Shown here in pieces: positions 30,317-40,519 of a DNA stretch of 64,000 bases. The DNA lies in NCBI GenBank assembly GCA_946628005.1, contig CAMOWA010000002.1, forward strand, positions 8,733 to 72,732. The letters are read 5' to 3'. Both the position numbers and the translations under genes were made by a program. The notes beneath the pieces are model-generated. The model worked only from the letters and a program-made list of their open reading frames with translations. It did not search any database and had not been told where the DNA came from. Within the stretch, counting starts at the first letter, position 1. Every line of letters starts with the position of its first letter. The stretch is from an uncultured Bacillales bacterium (lineage in GTDB: Bacteria > Bacillota_I > Bacilli_A > RF39 > UBA660).

Positions 30317-30655
30317 TTATTTATTATTATCGTTTAAATATAATAATAGTTCATATATAAATAGACAATTAATACCAATTAATATTATATAATAACCAAT
30401 TCTTATGTATTTTATATATTTTAGAATTGTTAATGTTCTTACTAAGTATAAATATAAACTTAATATGACTGGTATTATTGTAAATTTTTCTTTTTTTATT
30501 ATTATTAAAATCATAGTTATTATTAGAAGACCTGATAATAAGAATCCTTCTCCTTTAATATATGAATAGTTTAATCCAATTACTGATACAAACGGTAGAA
30601 AACATCCTATTATTCCTAATATACAACCTATTATACCTATATATTTTTTATTCAT
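30317..30655 (-). CDS. Small membrane protein (112 aa, 3-4 TM helices)
   Basis: SD GGAGGT 5 nt upstream of the ATG; hydrophobic throughout. Confidence 0.55.
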   Translation of the reverse strand: MNKKYIGIIGCILGIIGCFLPFVSVIGLNYSYIKGEGFLLSGLLIITMILIIIKKEKFTIIPVILSLYLYLVRTLTILKYIKYIRIGYYIILIGINCLFIYELLLYLNDNNK

Positions 30656-30680
30656 TGTCTACCTCCATTAATAAATTATA

Positions 30681-31988
30681 TTATACTAATTCTTTTAAGA
30701 TATTATCAAGTTCTTCTTTATCGGCATCTGATATTTCTTCAAGTTGTTGCTCTTTATTTAACCATGCTGGCTGAGGAGATTCTTTTTTATTTGATATTTT
30801 TGTATTATCTTTTTCGGTTTTACTATTTATTTTATTTAATTTTTTATGTTCTTTTTCTGTATATTTCATTGCTTCTTCTACTGTTTCAATATTTAGTCTT
30901 TTCCATTGTCCTGCTAATGTTTCTACATAGGATTTAGTTAATTTTTCATTATTAATTTTTAAAACATAACTTATTAATACATTTACTACTCCTGGAGATA
31001 GTTTTTGGTCAATTAGTAAATTTTCAATTAGTCTTTTATCATGATCGGTTGGTTCTGCACCTTTATATTTAGCTCTTAATAATTGATATGGGGTTATAGT
31101 CTCAAAAGTATATACCATCTTAGCCCATTTAGAATTATCTCCTTTTGGCTTTTTTAAGTATTCTGGTTGTCTATTATAAATTAAAGTTGGAAGATTTCCA
31201 AAGTTCTCAAATTGATAAAAATTTCTGCAGTTTTTTCGTAATAAAGTTTTATCTATTAATCCTTTTTCGTTTATTGAGTTTCTTACTATTCCTTGCATAT
31301 CCAGTGAATCAAGATTATAGATAAAACTTAAATTATTAATAAGATCTTTTATATCACTCGTAAAACATTTTTCATGAATACTATTAGTTGGAAAACTTGA
31401 TTGTATTAGATTAAAGTCTATTGATTTATTTAGTTGAATATTATTATAATCTTGTCTTGTTATATCTTTATTTTCTTCAAGTACTGTTCCTCTTACTGAA
31501 GTAAAAACTTCATCAAATGTTGCTGTTACATCAGTAAAATCTTTTAGGACTATTCTTGGAGTTTTAAAATAATTTAGTACTTTTTCATATTCTTTTTTTC
31601 CTAAGTTATTATAAAGAACAATATTTAGTATAGGATGATTAAAAAAATCATGAGCTGATAATGGGGAATATAATAAATATACATATTGATTTATATTATC
31701 TTTTTTATAATATGTTTTTAGTAGTCCTACTGCTTCTAGTTTTTCTCTTGCTATTACAATATCTTCTAATCTTAATTGCATTATAGCCATTAAATGGTGA
31801 TGAGTTTGTTCTGTACTCATAACTTCTTGCTTATCTAAATCATCTAAAAAAGTATAAAATAGACTAACAGCAGTATATCCTATGATCGGTTGGTATAACA
31901 TTGTAACCATCTTTTTATCTTTATCTGTTATAACAGTTTTATTAACTACTGTATATGTATCTGCTGGTAATATTGTTATATTTTTCAA
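30681..31988 (-). CDS. dnaB: Replication initiation and membrane attachment protein (Firmicute DnaB/DnaD-domain family)
   Basis: N-terminal signature MLYQPIIGYTAVSLFYTFL and a C-terminal DnaD-like repeat region; 435 aa. Confidence 0.7.
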   Translation of the reverse strand: MKNITILPADTYTVVNKTVITDKDKKMVTMLYQPIIGYTAVSLFYTFLDDLDKQEVMSTEQTHHHLMAIMQLRLEDIVIAREKLEAVGLLKTYYKKDNINQYVYLLYSPLSAHDFFNHPILNIVLYNNLGKKEYEKVLNYFKTPRIVLKDFTDVTATFDEVFTSVRGTVLEENKDITRQDYNNIQLNKSIDFNLIQSSFPTNSIHEKCFTSDIKDLINNLSFIYNLDSLDMQGIVRNSINEKGLIDKTLLRKNCRNFYQFENFGNLPTLIYNRQPEYLKKPKGDNSKWAKMVYTFETITPYQLLRAKYKGAEPTDHDKRLIENLLIDQKLSPGVVNVLISYVLKINNEKLTKSYVETLAGQWKRLNIETVEEAMKYTEKEHKKLNKINSKTEKDNTKISNKKESPQPAWLNKEQQLEEISDADKEELDNILKELV

Positions 31989-32025
31989 TGTTTCATCACC
32001 TACTTATTTATTGTAATACTTTTTA

Positions 32026-32066
32026 AATAAAAAGGAAAGAATGTTTCTGTTTCTTTCCTTTTTATT
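32026..32066. terminator. Bidirectional rho-independent terminator after the pilD-like gene
   Basis: AAAGGAAAGAA (32031-32041) pairs with TTCTTTCCTTT (32051-32061), a perfect 11 bp stem. T-runs are present on both strands. Confidence 0.75.
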
Positions 32067-32076
32067 TATTTAACTT

Positions 32077-32841
32077 TTATATTTGCAATAGTTTTAGTAT
32101 AATTTCTGGTGTTATCTTTGTAAAATATAATAGTGCACATCCTATTATTAAGAATGGTCCGAATGGTATTAAATTTTGGTCCTTTTTCCATAATAGTATC
32201 ATTGATATAGGTAGAGCAAGTAAACTACTTAAGAATATACTGAATATACCAATTATTGGATGAAGAATAAGGCCAAAGACAAACATCATTTTAATATCTC
32301 CTCCACCTAATGTTTCTTTTTTAAACATAAAATTTCCAAATAACATGATAATATACATTATAGAAAAAAGTAGAAATCCTGATAATATACTCCATAGAGC
32401 TGCTGATAATCCACTATTTATTGCTGTTATTATTAAAAAGTATCCTGTAAAAAATATTAATAATTCATCTGGTATTATGAAGTATGTAATATCTGATACT
32501 GATACTATTATTAATAAAGTAACTATTCCTAATGCAATTAATAAATTAAAGGATAGCCCAAATGCATAATAACTACAGGCAAATAATATTCCAGTAAATA
32601 ATTCCATATATGTAGATAGATTGGATATTTTTTTATGACAATATCTACATTTTCCTCTTAGAAATAAAAATGAAATAATTGGAATCATATCTATAAATGA
32701 CAACTGATGATTACATATATCACAATGACTTCTATTTGTTATAAATGGTTCATGATTTGGTAAGTGTAGACCAACTACTGTATAGAATGATCCCATAAAT
32801 AATCCTAAAAAAAAGAAGATAATTATATTTATGTTTATGAT
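32077..32841 (-). CDS. pilD: Prepilin peptidase (A24 family, PilD/ComC-like); probable non-ATG start
   Basis: Zn-motif CDICNHQL...CRYCHKKI; catalytic Asp contexts SDITYFIIPD and GGGDIKMM. The expected first TM helix (IIIFFFLGLFMGSFYTVVG) begins upstream of the only ATG (32796). SD GGAGG at 32849-32853. Confidence 0.8.
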   Translation of the reverse strand: MININIIIFFFLGLFMGSFYTVVGLHLPNHEPFITNRSHCDICNHQLSFIDMIPIISFLFLRGKCRYCHKKISNLSTYMELFTGILFACSYYAFGLSFNLLIALGIVTLLIIVSVSDITYFIIPDELLIFFTGYFLIITAINSGLSAALWSILSGFLLFSIMYIIMLFGNFMFKKETLGGGDIKMMFVFGLILHPIIGIFSIFLSSLLALPISMILLWKKDQNLIPFGPFLIIGCALLYFTKITPEIILKLLQI

Positions 32842-32856
32842 AGTAATTCCTCCTTT

Positions 32857-34215
32857 TTATTTAATTTGACTATAAATTGAAAACATTGGTTGAATAATTG
32901 ATAATAATATTATTCCAACAACTACTGCTAAGAAACATATTAAAAATGGTTCTACTAAACTTTTCATTTGATCAATAACGTTTTTATGAAGCATTTGGAA
33001 GTGTGTAGCAACTTTTTCCATCATTTGTCCTAATTGTCCTGTTGTTTCTCCTGTTACAATCATTTCATAGGCAACAACAGGGATAGCCCATTCTCCTCTA
33101 AAAGCGGAAGAGATTGTATCTCCTTTTGCTAGGTTTTCTAGTGTATTTCCAATTATTCTTTTCATAACTTCGTTATTGGTTATTTTTGATAGTATTTCCA
33201 TACTATCGGTTATAAATACACCATGATTTATTAATGAAGCAAATGTTTTTGTAAAATTTGCAATTTCATTATATATTATGATATCTTTTATTACTGGCAT
33301 ATGCATAAGAATAGTTTGTATTACTTCTCTAAATTTTTGATTTCTTTTAAATATTTGTATAAATATAAAGATAAATCCTACTATTCCTATTATTAGTAAG
33401 TACCAATAGCTTTTAATAAAATTACTGATTCCCATTATTGCAAGTGTTAGTGCTGGTAATTGTGCTCCGTTTTCTTCAAACATTGAAGAGAATTGTGGTA
33501 CTAAATAGGTTAACATAAATATTAAAACACCAAAAGCAATTGTTAGTACAACTATTGGATATGTCATGGCTGATTTCATTTGTTTTCGTGTTTGATCCAT
33601 TGATGTATAGTATTCTGCCATATCATCTAATATAGATGGTAAATCTCCAGTCATTTCAGCTGTTTTTACCATGTTTATTAAAAGTTTTGGATAAACTTTT
33701 CCTTGCATGCTCATTGCATCGGATAAATTTTCACCTTTTAGTAGTTGGTATACTAGTTGAAAAAAACTTTTTTTAATTCCTGGTTTTTTACTTTGTTTTG
33801 CTAGGATTCTAACAGAATCAGCTAGAGGAATTCCTGCTTTTAAGTAAGTTGATAATTGAGTAAGTGAGAATGATAAATCACTAGCATTAAATTTACTTGT
33901 TCCAATATCTATATCCATTTTAGAACGTTCTTTTACTTCTAATATTTGATAGTCTAATGATGTTAAAAATGCTCGTACTTCGTCTTCACTTTCAGCATCA
34001 AACGTACCACTTTCTTTTTTACCTACTCCGTTTATTATAGTATATCTATATGCAATTAATGGTCTTGTTACTTTTCCATCATGATTTTCTCCTTGGATTG
34101 TTGCTACTCCTTGTTGTGTTGTTTGTTGCACTTGCTGTTGAGTTTGCTGTTTATTTACATTTTGTTGATTTGAAATTGTTTGATTTTGTTGCTCTTTTTT
34201 CTTTCCACCAAACAT
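32857..34215 (-). CDS. pilC: Type II secretion/type IV pilus platform protein (GspF/PilC/ComGB family) with Gln-rich N-terminal extension
   Basis: Two T2SSF-like modules, three TM helices, and the typical Y.Y..i...Gk...G N-domain. The first roughly 45 aa are Q/N-rich low complexity. Confidence 0.85.
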   Translation of the reverse strand: MFGGKKKEQQNQTISNQQNVNKQQTQQQVQQTTQQGVATIQGENHDGKVTRPLIAYRYTIINGVGKKESGTFDAESEDEVRAFLTSLDYQILEVKERSKMDIDIGTSKFNASDLSFSLTQLSTYLKAGIPLADSVRILAKQSKKPGIKKSFFQLVYQLLKGENLSDAMSMQGKVYPKLLINMVKTAEMTGDLPSILDDMAEYYTSMDQTRKQMKSAMTYPIVVLTIAFGVLIFMLTYLVPQFSSMFEENGAQLPALTLAIMGISNFIKSYWYLLIIGIVGFIFIFIQIFKRNQKFREVIQTILMHMPVIKDIIIYNEIANFTKTFASLINHGVFITDSMEILSKITNNEVMKRIIGNTLENLAKGDTISSAFRGEWAIPVVAYEMIVTGETTGQLGQMMEKVATHFQMLHKNVIDQMKSLVEPFLICFLAVVVGIILLSIIQPMFSIYSQIK

Positions 34216-34327
34216 ATTGATTCTCCCTTCATCCTACTATATTGATTTTAACATAATTTAATAAAAAGGTAAATTAAAAAGTAACATTTTATTTTATTTT
34301 CATACTATATAATAAAGAGGTGAATTT

Positions 34328-35729
<1,402 letters not shown>

Positions 35730-35748
35730 CTACTTTCTAAATAATAGT

Positions 35749-36783
35749 TTAGCTATTTAATTTTTTATAAGTTTTTGGAGAATCTATTTCTTCATATTTT
35801 TTATTATACACATCTAATATTTTTCCGGTATATTCTTTATTATTTTTACCCATAAAAGTAAATATATCTCCTGCTTTTTTTCCATATAATGCATTCCCAA
35901 GACTTGAAATATATTCTACATATTGACATTGATTTTCTGTTGTGTATGCTCTACCTATTAGTTCTAGACAATAACCATAACCATTGTTTAAAACAAATTC
36001 AATAACTGATCCTAGTCCAATCGAATTATCATTTGGTGTATTTATGATTAGACAGTTTAGTTTATTTTCTAAATAAGTTATTAATCTTTTTAATCTGTTT
36101 TTTTCTATGAGATCAGTTGATGAAATATACTTATGTTTTAATTTATACAATTCTATTTGAATTAATTTTATTTGGCTTTCAGTAATTGAATTCAAATAAT
36201 TGTATTTTTCTATATTTGAAATTAATAGTTCTTTTATCTCTCTTCTTACAGCTCTACATTTTCTACTTTTATACTGTCTTTCCCGTATCTTAAACTTATA
36301 ATCTTCTTTGTCTTTGCTTATTTTTATTATTTGTATTGTTTGCATTGGCATATTATCTCTAGTTTTATATTTTATTATGTCCCCTTCTTTTGCTCCTTTT
36401 ACACTTTTCCCAAAGGGACTTTCTATAGAAATAAACTTGTTATCTATTCGTGAAGATGGTACTTGTTCAACTAAATATGCACTTTTTATATCTTCTTCAT
36501 CTATCCACTTATAATAGAAATATGTTCCGATATCTATATTATCAAAGTTTCTTTCTTCTATAATTTTTGATGTTTGCAAAATATTTTTTAGTCTTTTTAA
36601 TTTTTCATATAATTCATTATATATTCTATATGATGAATTATGTATTGTTACTGGAATCCCTAAATTTTCAAAATCTACTATTTCGTTTCCATTTTTTATT
36701 TCTTGGTTATGTATAGCAATATTTTTTTCAATATCCTTTATTTCTTTCATAATATTATATATTTGTTCTGGTATTAATAACAT
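35749..36783 (-). CDS. Tandem-duplicated GreA/GreB-like protein (two coiled-coil + Gre C-terminal-like modules)
   Basis: Two copies of the Gre C-terminal signature are present: ISIESPFGKSVKGAKEGDIIKY and YISSLGNALYGKKAGDIFTF (compare GreA [22 protein letters not shown]). Each is preceded by helical segments. SD AGGGGGA. Confidence 0.6.
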   Translation of the reverse strand: MLLIPEQIYNIMKEIKDIEKNIAIHNQEIKNGNEIVDFENLGIPVTIHNSSYRIYNELYEKLKRLKNILQTSKIIEERNFDNIDIGTYFYYKWIDEEDIKSAYLVEQVPSSRIDNKFISIESPFGKSVKGAKEGDIIKYKTRDNMPMQTIQIIKISKDKEDYKFKIRERQYKSRKCRAVRREIKELLISNIEKYNYLNSITESQIKLIQIELYKLKHKYISSTDLIEKNRLKRLITYLENKLNCLIINTPNDNSIGLGSVIEFVLNNGYGYCLELIGRAYTTENQCQYVEYISSLGNALYGKKAGDIFTFMGKNNKEYTGKILDVYNKKYEEIDSPKTYKKLNS

Positions 36784-36800
36784 AAATTATCCCCCTATTT

Positions 36801-37826
36801 TTAGTATATAAACATTGCATCTCCAAATGAGAAGAATCGGTAATTATTATCTACGGCAATTTTATATGCATTTAATATATTTTCTCTTCCAGCTAATGCA
36901 CTAACTAACATTACTAGTGTTGATTTTGGCAAGTGAAAATTGGTGATTAGACAATCAATTGCTTTAAATTTAAAACCTGGGTAAATAAATATATCCGTCC
37001 ACCCGCTACAGGCTTTAAATTTATTATCTTTTAATAATATGGATTCTAGAGTTCTAGTCGTTGTTGTTCCTACGGCTATTATTCTTCCTCCACTTTCTTT
37101 TGTTTTATTTAGAATGTCAGCAGTTTCTTGATTCATACTGTAAAATTCACTGTGCATTTTATGTTCCTCTATTTTTTCAACAGAGACTGGACGGAATGTT
37201 CCAAGACCTACATGAAGAGTAATATAACAAATATTAACACCTTTTTTTTCTATCTTTTTTAATAATTCTTTTGTAAAGTGTAATCCTGCTGTTGGGGCTG
37301 CAGCACTACCTATTTCTTTTGCATAAACAGTTTGATAGCGTGACTGATCTTTTAATTTTTCATGTATATATGGAGGAAGTGGCATCGTTCCTAGTTTGTC
37401 TAAAATTTCCATTAATATCCCATTATAAATAAGCTTATAATGTCTAATCCCTTCATCTTCTTCTTTTATACATTCTGCTTTTAATAGACCATTTCCAAAA
37501 GTAATAATTGTTCCTTCTTTAATTCTTCTTGCTGGTTTTGTTAAGCATTCCCAAATATCATCTTTTATATTTTTTAAAAGTAAAATCTCTATTATTGCTT
37601 TTGTATCTTCTTTTTCTCCTATTAATCTAGCGGGTAAAACTTTTGTATCATTTAATACTAAGGTATCTCCTTTATTTAGATAATCTATTATATCTGTAAA
37701 TATTTTATGTTCTATTTTACCATTTTGTTTATTTAAGGTTAATAGTCTAGATGAGTCTCTTTTTTCTAATGGTGTTTGTGCAATTAATTCTTCTTTTAAA
37801 TCATAATCAAAATCTTCTGTGGTCAT
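36801..37826 (-). CDS. queA: S-adenosylmethionine:tRNA ribosyltransferase-isomerase
   Basis: [51 protein letters not shown]. Confidence 0.93.
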   Translation of the reverse strand: MTTEDFDYDLKEELIAQTPLEKRDSSRLLTLNKQNGKIEHKIFTDIIDYLNKGDTLVLNDTKVLPARLIGEKEDTKAIIEILLLKNIKDDIWECLTKPARRIKEGTIITFGNGLLKAECIKEEDEGIRHYKLIYNGILMEILDKLGTMPLPPYIHEKLKDQSRYQTVYAKEIGSAAAPTAGLHFTKELLKKIEKKGVNICYITLHVGLGTFRPVSVEKIEEHKMHSEFYSMNQETADILNKTKESGGRIIAVGTTTTRTLESILLKDNKFKACSGWTDIFIYPGFKFKAIDCLITNFHLPKSTLVMLVSALAGRENILNAYKIAVDNNYRFFSFGDAMFIY

Positions 37827-37844
37827 ATTACACCTCTTTTACTG

Positions 37845-37871
37845 AAAAACACTGCCTTTACCAGTGCTTTT
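37845..37871 (-). terminator. Weak terminator/attenuator-like hairpin between ruvB and queA
   Basis: On the minus strand AAAAGCACTG ... CAGTGTTTTT forms a stem with one G-U pair. Only 54 nt separate the two genes, so this may be a partial terminator. Confidence 0.3.
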
Positions 37872-37880
37872 CATATTATA

Positions 37881-38897
37881 CTATTTTTTTTCTTTTTTGG
37901 CAATTCCTAATGCTTCATATGCTAAATCTGTTGCTACTCTACCACGAGCTGTTCTCTTTAGCAGACCTTGTTGTAATAAATATGGTTCATATACATCTTC
38001 TATTGTTGTTACCTCTTCTCCGATTGAACTACTTAGAGCTTCTACTCCCACTGGGCCTCCATTAAAACGATTAATAATTGCATATAATAAGTCTCTATCT
38101 GTATTGTCTAATCCCATCTTATCTACTTTTAATCTATCTAATGCTTCTTCTGTTATTTCCAAATTTACAATTCCATTGCCTTTTACCATAGCAAAGTCTC
38201 GTACTCTTTTAAATAATCTATTAGCAATTCTTGGGGTTCCACGAGAACGTTTTGCTAGTTCTATTGCGGCATCTTCTTCTATTTCAACATCTAATACTCT
38301 TGCTGTTCTTTTTATTATATCGGTTAATTCTTCTACTGAATAAAATTGTAATTTATTGATTATCCCAAAACGATCTCTTAATGGAGCACTTAAATCTCCT
38401 GCTCTTGTTGTTGCACCTACAAGTGTGAATGGTGGCAAATCAATTTTTATATTTCTACTATTTCCTTCACTTCCAACGATTATATCTAGTGAAAAGTCTT
38501 CCATTGCTGGGTATAATATTTCTTCAATATATCTTGGCATTCTATGTATTTCATCAATGAATAATACATCTCCTTTTTCAAGAGAAGATAGTATTGCAGC
38601 TAAATCCCCACTTTTTTCTATACTTGGACCACTTGCTGTTTTTATATTTGTTCCTAACTCATGGGCTATAATAAAAGCTAGGGTTGTTTTACCTAGACCC
38701 GGAGGCCCATATAATAAAACATGATCAAGAGATTCATTTCTCATTTTTGCGGCTTCAACAAATATTTTAATATTTTCTTTTACATCATTCTGACCAATAT
38801 ATTCTTCTATTGTTTCAGGACGTATTGTGTTATCTAATGTATTATCATCAAATAACTCATAATTATGAATGATATTCTCCTCTTTCAAATTTATCAT
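37881..38897 (-). CDS. ruvB: Holliday junction branch migration ATPase RuvB
   Basis: [12 protein letters not shown], Walker [20 protein letters not shown], and a winged-helix C-terminus. Confidence 0.95.
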   Translation of the reverse strand: MINLKEENIIHNYELFDDNTLDNTIRPETIEEYIGQNDVKENIKIFVEAAKMRNESLDHVLLYGPPGLGKTTLAFIIAHELGTNIKTASGPSIEKSGDLAAILSSLEKGDVLFIDEIHRMPRYIEEILYPAMEDFSLDIIVGSEGNSRNIKIDLPPFTLVGATTRAGDLSAPLRDRFGIINKLQFYSVEELTDIIKRTARVLDVEIEEDAAIELAKRSRGTPRIANRLFKRVRDFAMVKGNGIVNLEITEEALDRLKVDKMGLDNTDRDLLYAIINRFNGGPVGVEALSSSIGEEVTTIEDVYEPYLLQQGLLKRTARGRVATDLAYEALGIAKKEKK

Positions 38898-39258
38898 ACT
38901 CCTTTTTTATTAATCTACAAACTTTTTTAGTTTCAGTAGGATTTATTTCAGTAGGCGAATTTAGTAATAAAAATAGTTTTAAATAATTTAACAAACTATT
39001 AATTTCCATTGATTCTATTTCGTTATTTATTATTTTATAGCAATACTCTTCAAAAAAATCTTTAACAGTTTTATTGTATTCATATATTATTTCTTTTTCT
39101 TCATAGTAATCGTATATTTTTTCTAATATTATTCTTATATGAATAGTTGATAAATAAACATCTTTGTAATAGACTTCTACTAATGAATCTATCATTTCTT
39201 CAACATCTTCAAGATTTTTTTCAAGGTAATAATTTTTTATTGATAATTCTTTATTCAT
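38863..39258 (-). CDS. Hypothetical acidic helical protein (131 aa) inserted between ruvA and ruvB
   Basis: The ATG lies 1 nt after the ruvA stop, with no SD of its own, suggesting termination-reinitiation. The 3' end overlaps the ruvB start by 35 nt. Confidence 0.5.
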   Translation of the reverse strand: MNKELSIKNYYLEKNLEDVEEMIDSLVEVYYKDVYLSTIHIRIILEKIYDYYEEKEIIYEYNKTVKDFFEEYCYKIINNEIESMEINSLLNYLKLFLLLNSPTEINPTETKKVCRLIKKEYDKFERGEYHS

Positions 39259-39259
39259 A

Positions 39260-39823
39260 TTATTTTAATAAAAGTTTTAAAGCATCTTTTACTTGTTCTT
39301 CTATTGATAGAGAAGTGTTTACTCGAGCAAGTACTGGCTTTATTTCTTTTTCTTTATATCCTAATCCTATTAATACTTCTTTTAATTCATTTTCTGTTTC
39401 TACTTGATCATCTGAAATTCCTACTCCAATAAATTCTAATTTTCCTTTTAAGTCTAATACTATTTGTTTTGCTAATTTGTCTCCAATTTTTGGGAATTTT
39501 TTTAAATATAGAATATTTTCTCTTTCAATTGCGTCCATTATCCCATTAATTGACCCTACTGCTAATATTGGTAAAGCCATTTTACAACCCAATCCTTTGA
39601 CACTTATTAGTTTTAAAAACAAGTCTTTTTCTTCTATTGTTTTAAATCCATATAGTAGATGTTCATCTTCTTGTATTTGTTGATATACAAATACTTTATA
39701 GTCTTTCCCTATTTCAAAGGAATATGGGTTAGATACATGTATTAAGTATCCTATTCCATTATTATCTAGTACTATTGAATTATTTTTAATAGTAGAAATT
39801 GTTCCTTTTATATAGTCATACAT
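39260..39823 (-). CDS. ruvA: Holliday junction DNA helicase subunit RuvA
   Basis: MYDYIKGTI...GIGY, HhH region LISVKGLGCKMAL, C-terminal domain III. Confidence 0.9.
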   Translation of the reverse strand: MYDYIKGTISTIKNNSIVLDNNGIGYLIHVSNPYSFEIGKDYKVFVYQQIQEDEHLLYGFKTIEEKDLFLKLISVKGLGCKMALPILAVGSINGIMDAIERENILYLKKFPKIGDKLAKQIVLDLKGKLEFIGVGISDDQVETENELKEVLIGLGYKEKEIKPVLARVNTSLSIEEQVKDALKLLLK

Positions 39824-39991
39824 ATTATCACTCCAATATTATTATACTTATTTTTTTTGTTTTAGCAATCTTTTCATTAAAACTTCTTTTATCTTCTTCT
39901 TTATATAATTATTACTTATAAGTATTATAAGTATAAAATATTTTATTTTATACAATTACTTATTTATAATACTCTTCCAAGGAGGGATTTT

Positions 39992-40519
39992 ATGATTAAA
40001 AATGTTTTATTATTAAATAGAAAAAGAGAAGAACTTGAAAATAAGTATTCTAATATCTGGAAAAAAATACATTGTTTAGAAATGTTTTTAAAAGATTATA
40101 AGAATGAATTTATTGATAGTGATAGTAAAGATGCCTTAAATAATATTACTATTTATCTTGAAAAATTACGTGATGAATATAAAGCAATTGAACATGAAAT
40201 ATCTCAAATTAAATCTCAAATATATCATCTTTGTCATCATGAAATATTAATGAAGTATAAACATTGTGTTTCTTTTTATGAGTATAGATGTGCTATATGT
40301 AATGAGGATTTTAATGAATTACCTCAGGAATCTACTAGGTATATTTTTGAATGCAATAATGATAATAAATCTATATGTAGTAAACTTCTTTTTAATTTTT
40401 TAAATGAAAATATGAATAATGAAAATTTATTAGATGAGTTAGAATCTTATTTAGAAGAGTTTGAGGATAATGAAATTGTTGTAAGGAGAAATGTTTATGA
40501 AAAAAAGAGAATTAATTGA
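39992..40519 (+). CDS. Hypothetical coiled-coil protein with C-x-H-E...C-x-x-C motif (175 aa)
   Basis: SD AAGGAGGG. CHHEILMKYKHCVSFYEYRCAICNEDF follows a helical segment of about 80 aa. Paralogous to the N-terminal part of the next ORF. Confidence 0.55.
   Translation: MIKNVLLLNRKREELENKYSNIWKKIHCLEMFLKDYKNEFIDSDSKDALNNITIYLEKLRDEYKAIEHEISQIKSQIYHLCHHEILMKYKHCVSFYEYRCAICNEDFNELPQESTRYIFECNNDNKSICSKLLFNFLNENMNNENLLDELESYLEEFEDNEIVVRRNVYEKKRIN

Noticed and set aside
32841-32859. PilC-PilD fusion by read-through of the in-frame TAA
   Set aside because: It is possible in principle because the frames coincide. However, a well-placed SD between the genes makes independent initiation at ATC/ATA more likely. 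It is kept only as an alternative in the finding.
37864-38724. Plus-strand ORFs 37864-38343 and 38356-38724 (159 and 122 aa)
   Set aside because: They lie antisense within ruvB, whose identity is unambiguous. They have no SD or recognisable motifs and are shadow ORFs.
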